Shown one piece after another: positions 18,148 through 26,626 of a stretch of DNA of 64,000 nt (the stretch's first letter is position 1; each line of letters begins with the position of its first letter). Origin of the DNA: an uncultured Gammaproteobacteria bacterium (GTDB lineage: Bacteria > Patescibacteriota > Microgenomatia > Levybacterales > UBA12049); contig CAZWXQ010000001.1 of NCBI GenBank assembly GCA_964637955.1, positions 21,936 through 85,935 of the forward strand, in the 5' to 3' direction. The notes beneath the pieces are model-generated. The model was not told where the DNA came from. It made no database searches and saw only the letters and a program-made list of their open reading frames with translations. Both the position numbers and the translations under genes were made by a program.

Positions 18148-18311
18148 GGGGAAATTATAACAGATTTGAGGCTAAAAAACGGTGCTCAGTGACTAGTCCT
18201 TCGACATGCTCAGGATTGCGAATTGCGATTCGCTTAGACTCATTTTTCGAAGAGTTCTATTCAAGAGAAACCATAAAAAAAGCCGAGCAAAACTCGACTT
18301 CTTTTTATGAG
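18148..18311. repeat. Repeat family copy F. It sits between tRNA-Asn and the isochorismatase gene and carries the tRNA terminator, a diverged pseudo 3'-half of tRNA-Asn and the isochorismatase promoter.
   Basis: Minus-strand read: tRNA end, hairpin AGTCGAGTTTTGCTCGGCT plus T7, then CGCAATTCGC...GTCGAAGGACTAGTCAC. This resembles tRNA positions 23-70 (GCAATTCGC...GTTCGAGTCCTAGTCAC). Confidence 0.75.
18272..18300 (-). terminator. Rho-independent terminator immediately downstream of tRNA-Asn
   Basis: 7-bp stem (AGTCGAG/CTCGGCT, one G-U pair), 5-nt loop, followed by T7 on the minus strand. Confidence 0.65.
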
Positions 18312-18383
18312 CTCCGTGACTAGGACTCGAACCTAGAACCTTTTCGTTAACAGCGAATTGCTCTACCATTGAGCTATCACGGA
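18312..18383 (-). tRNA. tRNA-Asn (anticodon GTT)
   Basis: Folded by hand from the sequence TCCGTGATAGCTCAATGGTAGAGCAATTCGCTGTTAACGAAAAGGTTCTAGGTTCGAGTCCTAGTCACGGAG. 7-bp acceptor, all Watson-Crick. D stem GCTC/GAGC. Anticodon loop CUGUUAA with U33 and A37. T stem CTAGG/CCTAG with a TTCGAGT loop. Discriminator G. CCA is not encoded. Confidence 0.85.
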
Positions 18384-18609
18384 TTATTCATTTCGTGTCG
18401 CCAGCTCTACCACTTCGGCTTCGCACAGGCTTACGGAATGTTTATTTCGCAATCAAAAATATTGCGAGTGAAAAAGATTTTATCATATAAATGAAGCTAG
18501 ATAAAGAGTTATTTAGTCCCAATTTTATTGGTGCGATTCTATTGGATTAACAATAATTATAAGCAATTGCTTGTTGAAATTTAAAAATGCAGGTGTTATA
18601 GTTCCAGTT

Positions 18610-19698
18610 ATGGAATCTGAAAAGAAAAAAGATAATACAAAAATAATAGCCATTGTTTTGGGAGTAGTTTTGATTGGAGTGGTAGGAATATTTCTCTTTA
18701 AAAAGTTTGGATCAGGTTTATCTACTTCTACTTCCTCCACATCATCGGCAGCAGTAACAGGAAATCTAAATATAAATGGTGTAGTGCCAAGTGGGGCTGT
18801 TTTTGTCCTTTCAGCTAAAGATACAACAGGTGGATCTTCAAGTGATTTTCAGACAATTCAAAATCCAACCGATCAAAGTTCCTGGACATTTAGCAGTGCG
18901 CAGTCAGGCAAAACATATATTATAGTAGGAACTTTGAAATCCTCTAATGGTGCAGAACTTACTAAGTCAGTTCCGCTTACAGTCACAGCTCCAGCAACAA
19001 ATCAAATGGTTACTATAAACCTTGCAGGAAAAGCTCCAACTGGAGTATCTGAAATATCAGGAACAGTAAGAGTAAATGGATATTATCCTAGTGGATCTAC
19101 TATTTCACTTCTAGCGAAGACTCCAAATACTTCATATGAAGTAGTAAGAGAAGGTCTTGCGGCTCAAGCATCAACAACAGTTTCTACTGATAAAGCGGTT
19201 GCGGGACAAGAATATACAATAATAGGATATCTGTATAATGCAAGTGGAAATAAAATAGGAGAATCAAGTGAATTAGCGATCGTAGCACCTGCAAGAAATG
19301 AAGTACTTACAATCAACTCAAATGCAACAGCTCCTACTCCAGAGCCATCTCAAGCGCCTGCTAAGTCAAAAATCTCAGGAACAATTCAACTAAATGGCAT
19401 AGCTCCAAGTAACAGTAGGATCGTTATTCTGCAAGCTCCTATGAATAGTAATGACTTTACAGTAGCAATTGATAATGTGCCAGCAGTAAATGGTCAGGCA
19501 TGGGTTTGGCCAAATGCATTAAATGGGACATGGTATAACATGCAAGCTGTCCTAAAGCAGAGGCAATCAAATGGCACAGATATAGACGTAGCTCTTTCCG
19601 GACAGCAAACAGTTGCTGCACCTGCAATAAACGTTATGTTTACGATTAATTCAGGTATTGCACCAAGTGTAACTCCATCACCTACCCCAACACAGTAA
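18610..19698 (+). CDS. Membrane-anchored surface protein with three tandem ~110-aa repeats. Start moved to the ATG at 18610.
   Basis: TM anchor, then repeats beginning VTGNLNINGVVPSG / ISGTVRVNGYYPSG / ISGTIQLNGIAPSN and each ending ...TINS. Paralogous to 24825-26150. TGTTATAGT lies 7 nt before 18610. Confidence 0.6.
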   Translation: MESEKKKDNTKIIAIVLGVVLIGVVGIFLFKKFGSGLSTSTSSTSSAAVTGNLNINGVVPSGAVFVLSAKDTTGGSSSDFQTIQNPTDQSSWTFSSAQSGKTYIIVGTLKSSNGAELTKSVPLTVTAPATNQMVTINLAGKAPTGVSEISGTVRVNGYYPSGSTISLLAKTPNTSYEVVREGLAAQASTTVSTDKAVAGQEYTIIGYLYNASGNKIGESSELAIVAPARNEVLTINSNATAPTPEPSQAPAKSKISGTIQLNGIAPSNSRIVILQAPMNSNDFTVAIDNVPAVNGQAWVWPNALNGTWYNMQAVLKQRQSNGTDIDVALSGQQTVAAPAINVMFTINSGIAPSVTPSPTPTQ

Positions 19699-20007
19699 GG
19701 GTTAATTATTTCCCCAAATTAATTTATAAATTTTTAGATTAATTACGTAACAAATTCCTACTGTAATTAGAAAAAAAGTTATGAGGGGTTTTCCAAAAAA
19801 TGCAACATCAATAAGCTCTATTAAACAAAGAGTGTGCACAGCGAATATAAAATAAGCTAAGTTTTTCCAAAAATTATCTGTATCCATATTATTGGATTTC
19901 AGACTACAAATTAATGACTAATTAGTCCTTAAATCGTCAACTGAGGTTTTAAATGAGGTTTATTGCTTAATTAAAGTCCTTAATTATAAGTATTTTTCTT
20001 CTGCAAT

Positions 20008-20391
20008 CTACCGATTTTTATTTTCAAGTTCTGATTCGTAATTTTCTTTTAAAATAAATACTTCCATCATCTCTCCTGTTTTAGTGCTTATATCGCTATG
20101 CGAGCTTATAACTTCTTGTCCTGTAATTTCCTCTACGATTAAGCTTAGATTAGATGTTAAAACTTCATGAAGCTTTTTTCTTATGTCTTTAACTATTTCA
20201 ATACCATTTTTTCCTTCAAGAAGTTTTTCTTCGATGGGTAGAAGTTTTCCTTTTAATCGCACTATTACCATGTCTTCAACTATATATATGCGTGTTACTT
20301 CTGGGCCTTGGCCAATTGTATCTACATAAAATTTAGTAACTTCCTTTGAGATCTTGTCTTTGATTTGTCCTATTGTAAGTTTATTTTCCAT
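20008..20391 (-). CDS. DUF2294 family protein
   Basis: Strong family signature (GRGPEVTRIYIVEDMVIVRLKG ... ITGQEVISSHSDISTKTGEMMEVFIL). Confidence 0.65.
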   Translation of the reverse strand: MENKLTIGQIKDKISKEVTKFYVDTIGQGPEVTRIYIVEDMVIVRLKGKLLPIEEKLLEGKNGIEIVKDIRKKLHEVLTSNLSLIVEEITGQEVISSHSDISTKTGEMMEVFILKENYESELENKNR

Positions 20392-20398
20392 AATTTAC

Positions 20399-20440
20399 AT
20401 AAAAAAACCAGCAATATTTTAATCATTTAAATATTACTGG
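20399..20440 (-). terminator. Rho-independent terminator for the 20532-21170 gene
   Basis: 12-bp imperfect stem CCAGCAATATTT/AAATATTACTGG, followed by T7 on the minus strand. Confidence 0.55.
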
Positions 20441-20531
20441 TGTACTGCTAAACGATTTAAAAATCCCCCAACTGTCAACCAAGCAGATTATACTAGAATT
20501 TTATTTCTTACTCAATAGATTTTAAATAAAA

Positions 20532-21170
20532 TTACTGATTCTTATCAGTTTCTACAAGTGTGGTCCCATTTATTTTGAAGTATTTGGAAACTCCGACAGA
20601 TGGTTGCTCAGTCATAGGTGCGCCTTGCGGTCTATCAGCATAATTTACTGTGTATATCTCATTTTGAATATCTTTTGTTTGGGGTGAAATCCTGTCGCCA
20701 AGAATTATGGAATTTGTTCCATCATAAGTATAAGTTTTTGTATTATTAAGTGCTGTAGAAGCGTAATAGAAGGTTCCACTTCCTCCAGACACCACTAAAA
20801 TTACTCCTGCATCATTTGCGCTGTCTCCATTTAAATCTCCAATTGTGGGTTCCCCAAACATAGTTGTTTTTCCGTCTGCTGACTTGCCATTTATTAAAGT
20901 TACTTTTTCTCCCTCAATAGTGTATGTAGTATTTTGTGGATCTTTAGCTACATTATCATCGTTAATATTATTATCTGAGATTGGTGTTGGAGTTGTTTTC
21001 GAAGTTTCAGAAGTGCCGCTGCTATTATTATTTGATTCTTTTATGGCAATTCCGGTAACTTGTTTAATCATTTCCTGGGTTTGTTTATTTTGATAAGCAA
21101 AATATCCTATTATTACCAATAGAATTATTATTATTACTGCAATTGCTCCAATTTTCTGATTCTTTGTCAT
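20532..21170 (-). CDS. Membrane-anchored secreted hypothetical protein with a low-complexity N/S/T-rich linker
   Basis: N-terminal TM (IGAIAVIIIILLVIIGYF) followed by an extracellular domain. Confidence 0.5.
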   Translation of the reverse strand: MTKNQKIGAIAVIIIILLVIIGYFAYQNKQTQEMIKQVTGIAIKESNNNSSGTSETSKTTPTPISDNNINDDNVAKDPQNTTYTIEGEKVTLINGKSADGKTTMFGEPTIGDLNGDSANDAGVILVVSGGSGTFYYASTALNNTKTYTYDGTNSIILGDRISPQTKDIQNEIYTVNYADRPQGAPMTEQPSVGVSKYFKINGTTLVETDKNQ

Positions 21171-21272
21171 TTCTTGGTAATCTTATAATAGAAATTATTG
21201 CTTAAGCAATAAGCAAAATTATATTCATTTAGCTTCCTTTATGCTATAATCACGAGAATATAATTTAGTTAA

Positions 21273-23279
21273 ATGAATTTATCTCAAAAAATATCAGTTG
21301 TAATTCGATTTTTTATTCTGCTTTTGGTTAATTCTGTGGGGGTTTATCTTCTCTCGCTACTTCTTAGTGGCGTTTATTTCGAAAACCTTTTAACAACTTT
21401 TATCGCAATAACTGTAATCGCAATTTTAAATTCAGTAATATTTCCTATTTTTAATAGATATGCATTGCCAGTTACTGTTTATACACTCGGAATAGCTGGA
21501 CTCATATTAAATGCATTAATTATTTCACTTGTTGCATATGCTATGCCGAATTTTAAAATTAATGATTTATTTTCAGGCATAGTTTTAGTTTTTGGAATTA
21601 CATTTGTAACAACCATAGTAACAGAGCTTTTGGCAATCGATGATGATGAAACATTCTTTAGAAATGTAGTGAAAAAACAAGCTAAAAAATCAAAAGATGA
21701 TAAAGTAAGTAAAATACCTGGAGTGATTTTTGTTCAAATTGATGGATTAGCATATGAGGTTCTACGTCGTGCAATGCAGAGTGGAAACGTTCCGAATATT
21801 TCTAAATGGATAAGAGATGGTGAATATAGACTTGAAAAATGGGAGACTGATTGGTCAAGTCAAACAGGAGCTAGTCAGGCGGGGTTACTTATGGGAAGTA
21901 ATGAAAATATCCCTGCATTCAGATGGTTTGATAAAAAACTTGGAAGAACTTTAGCTTTTGGAAAGCCAGCAGATTTAAAAATTATCGAAGAAAGACTTTC
22001 AAATAAAAAAGGCCTTTTGTTTCATAATGGTGCCAGTCGTGGAAATCTATTTTCTGGAAATGCTGATTATGTATTGCTTACCGTTAGTTCAATTGGGAAA
22101 AAAGATAGTAACGGTACAGCACATGGATACTTTGCATACTTCGCAAATCCGTATAATTTACCACGCACTGTGATACTCTTCTTCGTTGATGTAATCCGTG
22201 AAGTAAAAAGCTCTGTTGAACAAGGGAGACGAGATATTTGGCCACGCTTAACGCATCACAAATTAATCTACCCATTTTTAAGAGCATCAATGACAGTTAT
22301 TCAAAGAGATCTAATTATCCAAACACTCATAGGCGATGCATATGAAGGTCGAGATACTGTTTATGCAGATTTAGTTGGATATGATGAAGTTTCACATCAT
22401 ACAGGTCCAGAAAGGCATGAAACATTATCAGTGTTGAGGGATCTAGATAGACAGCTAGGGCGACTTAAAAAAGCTCTCGATAAAGTTCCAAGAAAATATC
22501 ATTTAGTTTTAGTATCAGATCACGGACAAACTCAAGGCGCTACATTCAAACAACTTATGGGATACGGGCTTGATGAATTGGTCAGTAAATTAATTGACGG
22601 AGAAGTTTCTTCTGAAATGAAAAACACGGAAGATAAAAATACTTTGAGCAATGCTGCTCTTGAGATTACTAAAACTGGTGGACTCGTCGCGAAAAGTATC
22701 AAGAGTGTTAAGAAGGTAAATAATAATTCTAAGAAAGAAAAAGAAGAGAAAACTAAAATTAACCCAGATGTAAAAGTATTAGCATCTGGTGCGCTAGGGC
22801 TTATTTACTTTACCAAATACAAAAATAGATTAACGCTTGAAGAGATTGATAAACTTTATCCAAATCTAGTTGATCAGCTTGCCTCACATCCTCATATAGG
22901 ATTTGTATTGGTAGATTCAAAAAAACATGGTGGAATAGTAATTGGGCCTGAAGGTGAATATTATCTTAAAAATGATAAAGTGATAGGAAAAAATCCTCTC
23001 GAGAATTTTGGGTCAAATGCTGCTATGCATATTAAAAGAACGCATAACTTTGAAAACTGTGGAGACATTATGGTTAATAGTACATATAGCCCTGTAATGA
23101 ATGAAGTTCATGCATTTGAAGAACTGCTTGGTTCTCACGGGGCTCTAGGGGGAGATCAGAACTTCCCATTTGTCCTTTTTCCAAACGGTTGGTATTATCC
23201 AGATGAACATATAATTGGGGCTGCAAATGTTCATAAAAATATGAAAAAATGGTTAAAGACGCTTGGGCAACCAGTTTGA
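21273..23279 (+). CDS. Fusion protein: an N-terminal DUF360 / phage-holin-family-IV-like 4-TM domain joined to an alkaline-phosphatase-superfamily nucleotide pyrophosphatase/phosphodiesterase domain
   Basis: Four TM helices in the first ~130 aa. Then VIFVQIDGLAYEVLRRA (metal-binding Asp context) and LVSDHGQTQG (the SDHG motif of the AP/NPP superfamily). Confidence 0.7.
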   Translation: MNLSQKISVVIRFFILLLVNSVGVYLLSLLLSGVYFENLLTTFIAITVIAILNSVIFPIFNRYALPVTVYTLGIAGLILNALIISLVAYAMPNFKINDLFSGIVLVFGITFVTTIVTELLAIDDDETFFRNVVKKQAKKSKDDKVSKIPGVIFVQIDGLAYEVLRRAMQSGNVPNISKWIRDGEYRLEKWETDWSSQTGASQAGLLMGSNENIPAFRWFDKKLGRTLAFGKPADLKIIEERLSNKKGLLFHNGASRGNLFSGNADYVLLTVSSIGKKDSNGTAHGYFAYFANPYNLPRTVILFFVDVIREVKSSVEQGRRDIWPRLTHHKLIYPFLRASMTVIQRDLIIQTLIGDAYEGRDTVYADLVGYDEVSHHTGPERHETLSVLRDLDRQLGRLKKALDKVPRKYHLVLVSDHGQTQGATFKQLMGYGLDELVSKLIDGEVSSEMKNTEDKNTLSNAALEITKTGGLVAKSIKSVKKVNNNSKKEKEEKTKINPDVKVLASGALGLIYFTKYKNRLTLEEIDKLYPNLVDQLASHPHIGFVLVDSKKHGGIVIGPEGEYYLKNDKVIGKNPLENFGSNAAMHIKRTHNFENCGDIMVNSTYSPVMNEVHAFEELLGSHGALGGDQNFPFVLFPNGWYYPDEHIIGAANVHKNMKKWLKTLGQPV

Positions 23280-23303
23280 TTACGCAAGTCCTCTTAATAA
23301 GCT

Positions 23304-23996
23304 ATGCTTACAGTTCTATCATATAACGTTGAGTACGGACAAAAAATAAACGAGATATATGATTGGATAAAATCTTTAAAAGAAACACCTCAAGTTATTT
23401 GCTTTCAGGAATTCCCAGAAAAAGAAGTAGAAAATTTAAAGAAAAATAAAATACATGAGAATCAAAATATATTTTTCGCAAAAGGCTTATTAAAAAAGGA
23501 AGAATATTTTGGCGAACTTACAATCATAGACTCATCTGTTATAAAACTCACTGAAGTGAGATATCTGGATTTCGGACCAGACCACATTGAAAGTGTATTT
23601 AAAAGAAAGATTATAAAAAGAAGCGCTATCATAATTGGATTTGAAATTAATGGAAAAACAATTGAATTAGCGAATGTTCATTTAACCCCGGCATCTCTGC
23701 ACGGTAAAAGAAGAAAGCAGCTTAGTAAGGTTATAGAAGAAACAAATACAGATAAAGCAATCATCGTAGGTGATTATAACTATTCAAGTTTGCTAAATAA
23801 AAACGGACTCATTTCTTTTATGGAAAAATATAATTATAAATTGGCTGGTGAAAATTTGATTACAAATAAATATAAATACGTAGTTCCTCAACAGCTCGAT
23901 TACGTTTTCTATAAAAATCTAAATCACGAAAATACTGAAGTTTTTGTTTTACCCTATTCTGATCATTTTCCTGTAGTTTCAGAATTTAAAATTTAA
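23304..23996 (+). CDS. Endonuclease/exonuclease/phosphatase (EEP) family protein
   Basis: LSYNVEYG N-terminus, a catalytic Glu in CFQEF, NVHLTP, VGDYNYS, and SDHFPVVSEF at the C-terminus. Confidence 0.7.
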   Translation: MLTVLSYNVEYGQKINEIYDWIKSLKETPQVICFQEFPEKEVENLKKNKIHENQNIFFAKGLLKKEEYFGELTIIDSSVIKLTEVRYLDFGPDHIESVFKRKIIKRSAIIIGFEINGKTIELANVHLTPASLHGKRRKQLSKVIEETNTDKAIIVGDYNYSSLLNKNGLISFMEKYNYKLAGENLITNKYKYVVPQQLDYVFYKNLNHENTEVFVLPYSDHFPVVSEFKI

Positions 23997-24045
23997 TTTA
24001 ATGAAGTAACGCAATGAGGTATTTTAACAATAAGTATTAATGAAA

Positions 24046-24762
24046 TTATATTTCAATTTTTGTTTCGTTTATAACCTTATAAACTAAATGAATGTAGGAA
24101 TTGTTTAAAGTATTATTTTCAATTAATTCAAGAGCTCTTATTTTTCTCAGATCCTCTTCCGAATTAAGTGATTTTCCACCAATTAACGATTGAGTATTAT
24201 TTCCACCTATTAAAGCTGGGGCGATTACGATAGAGATTTTATCTATTAATCCAAGTCTCAAAAGTTCTGCGTTTAGTGTTCCACCTGTCTGAATAGTTAT
24301 ATTTTCAATATTATATTCTTCTTTAAATCTTCGGAAAACATCAGAAAAATCAATCTGACCTTCATATAAGAAGATGCGCATTGTTGGATAATTATCTTTT
24401 AATTTAAATGCTGGATGATTTTTATTTGTTGTTATAAGAAAGAAGTTGTTTGATCTTTTTGCAAAGTATTCTGTTCCTTTATCATCAAGATGAGGTTTGT
24501 TATCAACTACAATAAAGCTAACATCATCTCTTTCTTTGTCCCAATTTCTTTCATTTGCTCCAACTTTTTCTTGAACCCTGCCTGAATTAAAAGAAACTCT
24601 ATCTGTTTGCTTTTCTAAATCGTAATATTGATGAAGGCCTTCTTTGATTCCTTTAATACGAGGAAAATCTTTATCAACATCTAGTACATCCACATCTCCT
24701 GTGGTGATTTTTCCATCAACTGATGCCAGCATAAAAAGAGTAGTAAAAGGTTTATCGCTCAT
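24046..24762 (-). CDS. RibD C-terminal domain / dihydrofolate-reductase-like reductase family protein
   Basis: TLFMLASVDGKIT and IVIAPALIGG motifs. Confidence 0.65.
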   Translation of the reverse strand: MSDKPFTTLFMLASVDGKITTGDVDVLDVDKDFPRIKGIKEGLHQYYDLEKQTDRVSFNSGRVQEKVGANERNWDKERDDVSFIVVDNKPHLDDKGTEYFAKRSNNFFLITTNKNHPAFKLKDNYPTMRIFLYEGQIDFSDVFRRFKEEYNIENITIQTGGTLNAELLRLGLIDKISIVIAPALIGGNNTQSLIGGKSLNSEEDLRKIRALELIENNTLNNSYIHLVYKVINETKIEI

Positions 24763-24824
24763 AAGTGAATCATAACATTAATCGATGACAATTCAATGTT
24801 TAGATCAAAGAGGAATCCGGTAAT

Positions 24825-26150
24825 TTATTGAGGACATTTGAAGATTAGAGTAGGGGAAGATCCCGAGAAGCATTGTTGCGATGAGCAACTTGAGTCAAAT
24901 GTATATGCATATGCTGCGTAATAATCTTTATCCTGGTCTATTAGTATATTTCGCGTAACGCTTCCACCTGTTGCATTTGTTCTTTCTTGAAATGTATCTC
25001 TTGATCCCTGACTAGTTCCAATCTGCATAAAGTATTGTGCTGCATTCTGAATAGCTGGGAAGGTTACAGACACATTCCATCTTCCTTCTTGTTGATTACC
25101 GCATGATGCTGTTGGAGTTTGAGTTGGAGGCGTGAGCGAGTAATTGGTATTAATTGTGATTGTTTCATTTTCAGCAGGAGCGGTAACTCTAAGTACATTT
25201 CCAACGGATGTGTCTTGTTCATTTACTTGGAGGCTTGCTGATATTTCATATGCCTGGCCAGATACTGCGTCGTCAAAGCTCCACTGGGCACCGCTATTTG
25301 CTGCAATTCTGTCAAAAGCCGTATAGTTTTTGTCACCAGGTTTTCTTTGGAGAAGAAGGATTGTGCTGTTTGGCTGAGTAGGACCATTTAATATTACTTG
25401 ACCAGTGATCGAAGTTTTTTCTGCTGGAGCCTGAGCTATTGAGTCAATTGTTAAAATCTGACTACTTGCTGGTCCTACTATAGAAACATCTTCACTAGTT
25501 CCTATAGGATTTCCATTGACATCAAAGAGCTGGCCTCTAAATGTGTAATAAACTCCTGCTTTTGCAGTGCTCCAAGTGAGTTTTCTACCGTCAACAGCTG
25601 GAATACCTTGTGATAGAGTTTGAAAATCTCCTGAACTTCCTTCACGGGAAAGTATATTTACAAAACTTCCGCTTGGAACATATCCATTCAAATTAAGAGT
25701 GCCTGAAATTGTTACTGTGCTAGTTGATGTATCTCCTCCAGATGAAGGAATATCTTCCGCTGTAACATTAAAAGTAAGATTTTGTCCGTTTGCAGGAGCT
25801 GTTGCAGTAGTAGTTGATGATTCAGAAACTCTTTTTCCTTGATACTGTACATAGGCTCTCAATTGGTATGTTTTGCCTTCTTCTGCTTCTTTCCATGCCC
25901 ATGATGCATTATCTTCAAGGGGTAAATTGTCCACAGCTATTTCATACTGAGTTTCTCCAATTTCTCTTTGCTCAACTACGACTTTACCTTGACTTGGGTC
26001 ATCAGGTTTAACTCCGTTATATTTTATGCTGCCTGAGATTGTTGCAGGATTTGGTTGGAATATTTTGAATACTAAAAAAATGAGGAAAAATCCGATTGCT
26101 AAGCCGGCAATTATTTTAATCAGAGATTTCTGATTCTCTTCTTTTTGCAT
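24825..26150 (-). CDS. Membrane-anchored surface protein with three tandem ~105-aa repeats plus a Cys-containing C-terminal domain. Paralogue of 18610-19698.
   Basis: TM anchor, then repeats ISGSIKYNGVKP / ISGTLNLNGYVPSG / ITGQVILNGPTQPN, each ending ...TI(N/D)S. Confidence 0.6.
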   Translation of the reverse strand: MQKEENQKSLIKIIAGLAIGFFLIFLVFKIFQPNPATISGSIKYNGVKPDDPSQGKVVVEQREIGETQYEIAVDNLPLEDNASWAWKEAEEGKTYQLRAYVQYQGKRVSESSTTTATAPANGQNLTFNVTAEDIPSSGGDTSTSTVTISGTLNLNGYVPSGSFVNILSREGSSGDFQTLSQGIPAVDGRKLTWSTAKAGVYYTFRGQLFDVNGNPIGTSEDVSIVGPASSQILTIDSIAQAPAEKTSITGQVILNGPTQPNSTILLLQRKPGDKNYTAFDRIAANSGAQWSFDDAVSGQAYEISASLQVNEQDTSVGNVLRVTAPAENETITINTNYSLTPPTQTPTASCGNQQEGRWNVSVTFPAIQNAAQYFMQIGTSQGSRDTFQERTNATGGSVTRNILIDQDKDYYAAYAYTFDSSCSSQQCFSGSSPTLIFKCPQ

Positions 26151-26232
26151 AAACTAATACTTAGCACTTCTTAAAAAAATAATAAAACTAATTTGTAGTT
26201 TCGTCAAGCCCCAATAAGCTAAACGATATTTT

Positions 26233-26577
26233 TCAGTTAATTTTATCTGTAAAAAAGTGAATTGCTGTACTTACAATAGATAGTACGATTGCTCCAAAGA
26301 GTGCTGGAATTATTCCTGAAATTTCAAATCCTGGTATAAATAATGCTGCTAGACCTAAGCAAGCAGCGTTAACTACTATTGCGAAAAGGCCAAATGTTAC
26401 GAGAGTGATTGGAAGTGAAATAAGTTTTAAAATAGGCTTAATAAATGTATTTATGAGCCCAATAACGATTGCTGCAATAATAAGAGTGGATGTATCTTGA
26501 ATGGTAATGCCGTCTACGACATTTACTGTTATAACAAGAGCTAATGCATTGGTTATGAGAGAAATAATTAAACCCAT
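26233..26577 (-). CDS. DUF360 / phage holin family IV-like 4-TM protein (stand-alone)
   Basis: 114 aa with four TM helices. Similar in sequence style to the N-terminus of 21273-23279. Confidence 0.6.
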   Translation of the reverse strand: MGLIISLITNALALVITVNVVDGITIQDTSTLIIAAIVIGLINTFIKPILKLISLPITLVTFGLFAIVVNAACLGLAALFIPGFEISGIIPALFGAIVLSIVSTAIHFFTDKIN

Positions 26578-26626
26578 ATTTTCGTGTTCATTCCTTTCCT
26601 AAAGATAATAATTTGTTGCAATAAAA

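Noticed and set aside
10500-18400. CRISPR array or integron attC cassette array as an explanation for the repeated intergenic elements
   Set aside because: The repeats are not regularly spaced short direct repeats with unique spacers. Units range from 30 to 165 nt and their spacing is gene-sized. Genes are in mixed orientation, each with its own promoter. The conserved AGGCTAA box does not match the integron core or inverse-core (GTTRRRY / RYYYAAC). Neither a CRISPR nor an integron model fits.
18384-18430. Possible second tRNA adjacent to tRNA-Asn (the sequence contains an AGTGGTAGAGC D-loop-like string)
   Set aside because: I could not fold a cloverleaf. There is no complementary D-stem and no acceptor pairing. 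At most it is a tRNA-derived fragment.
19702-19887. 61-aa minus-strand membrane-like ORF after the repeat protein
   Set aside because: It is short, with no promoter pattern and no recognisable family. It may be real but is not supportable, so I left it out of the feature list.
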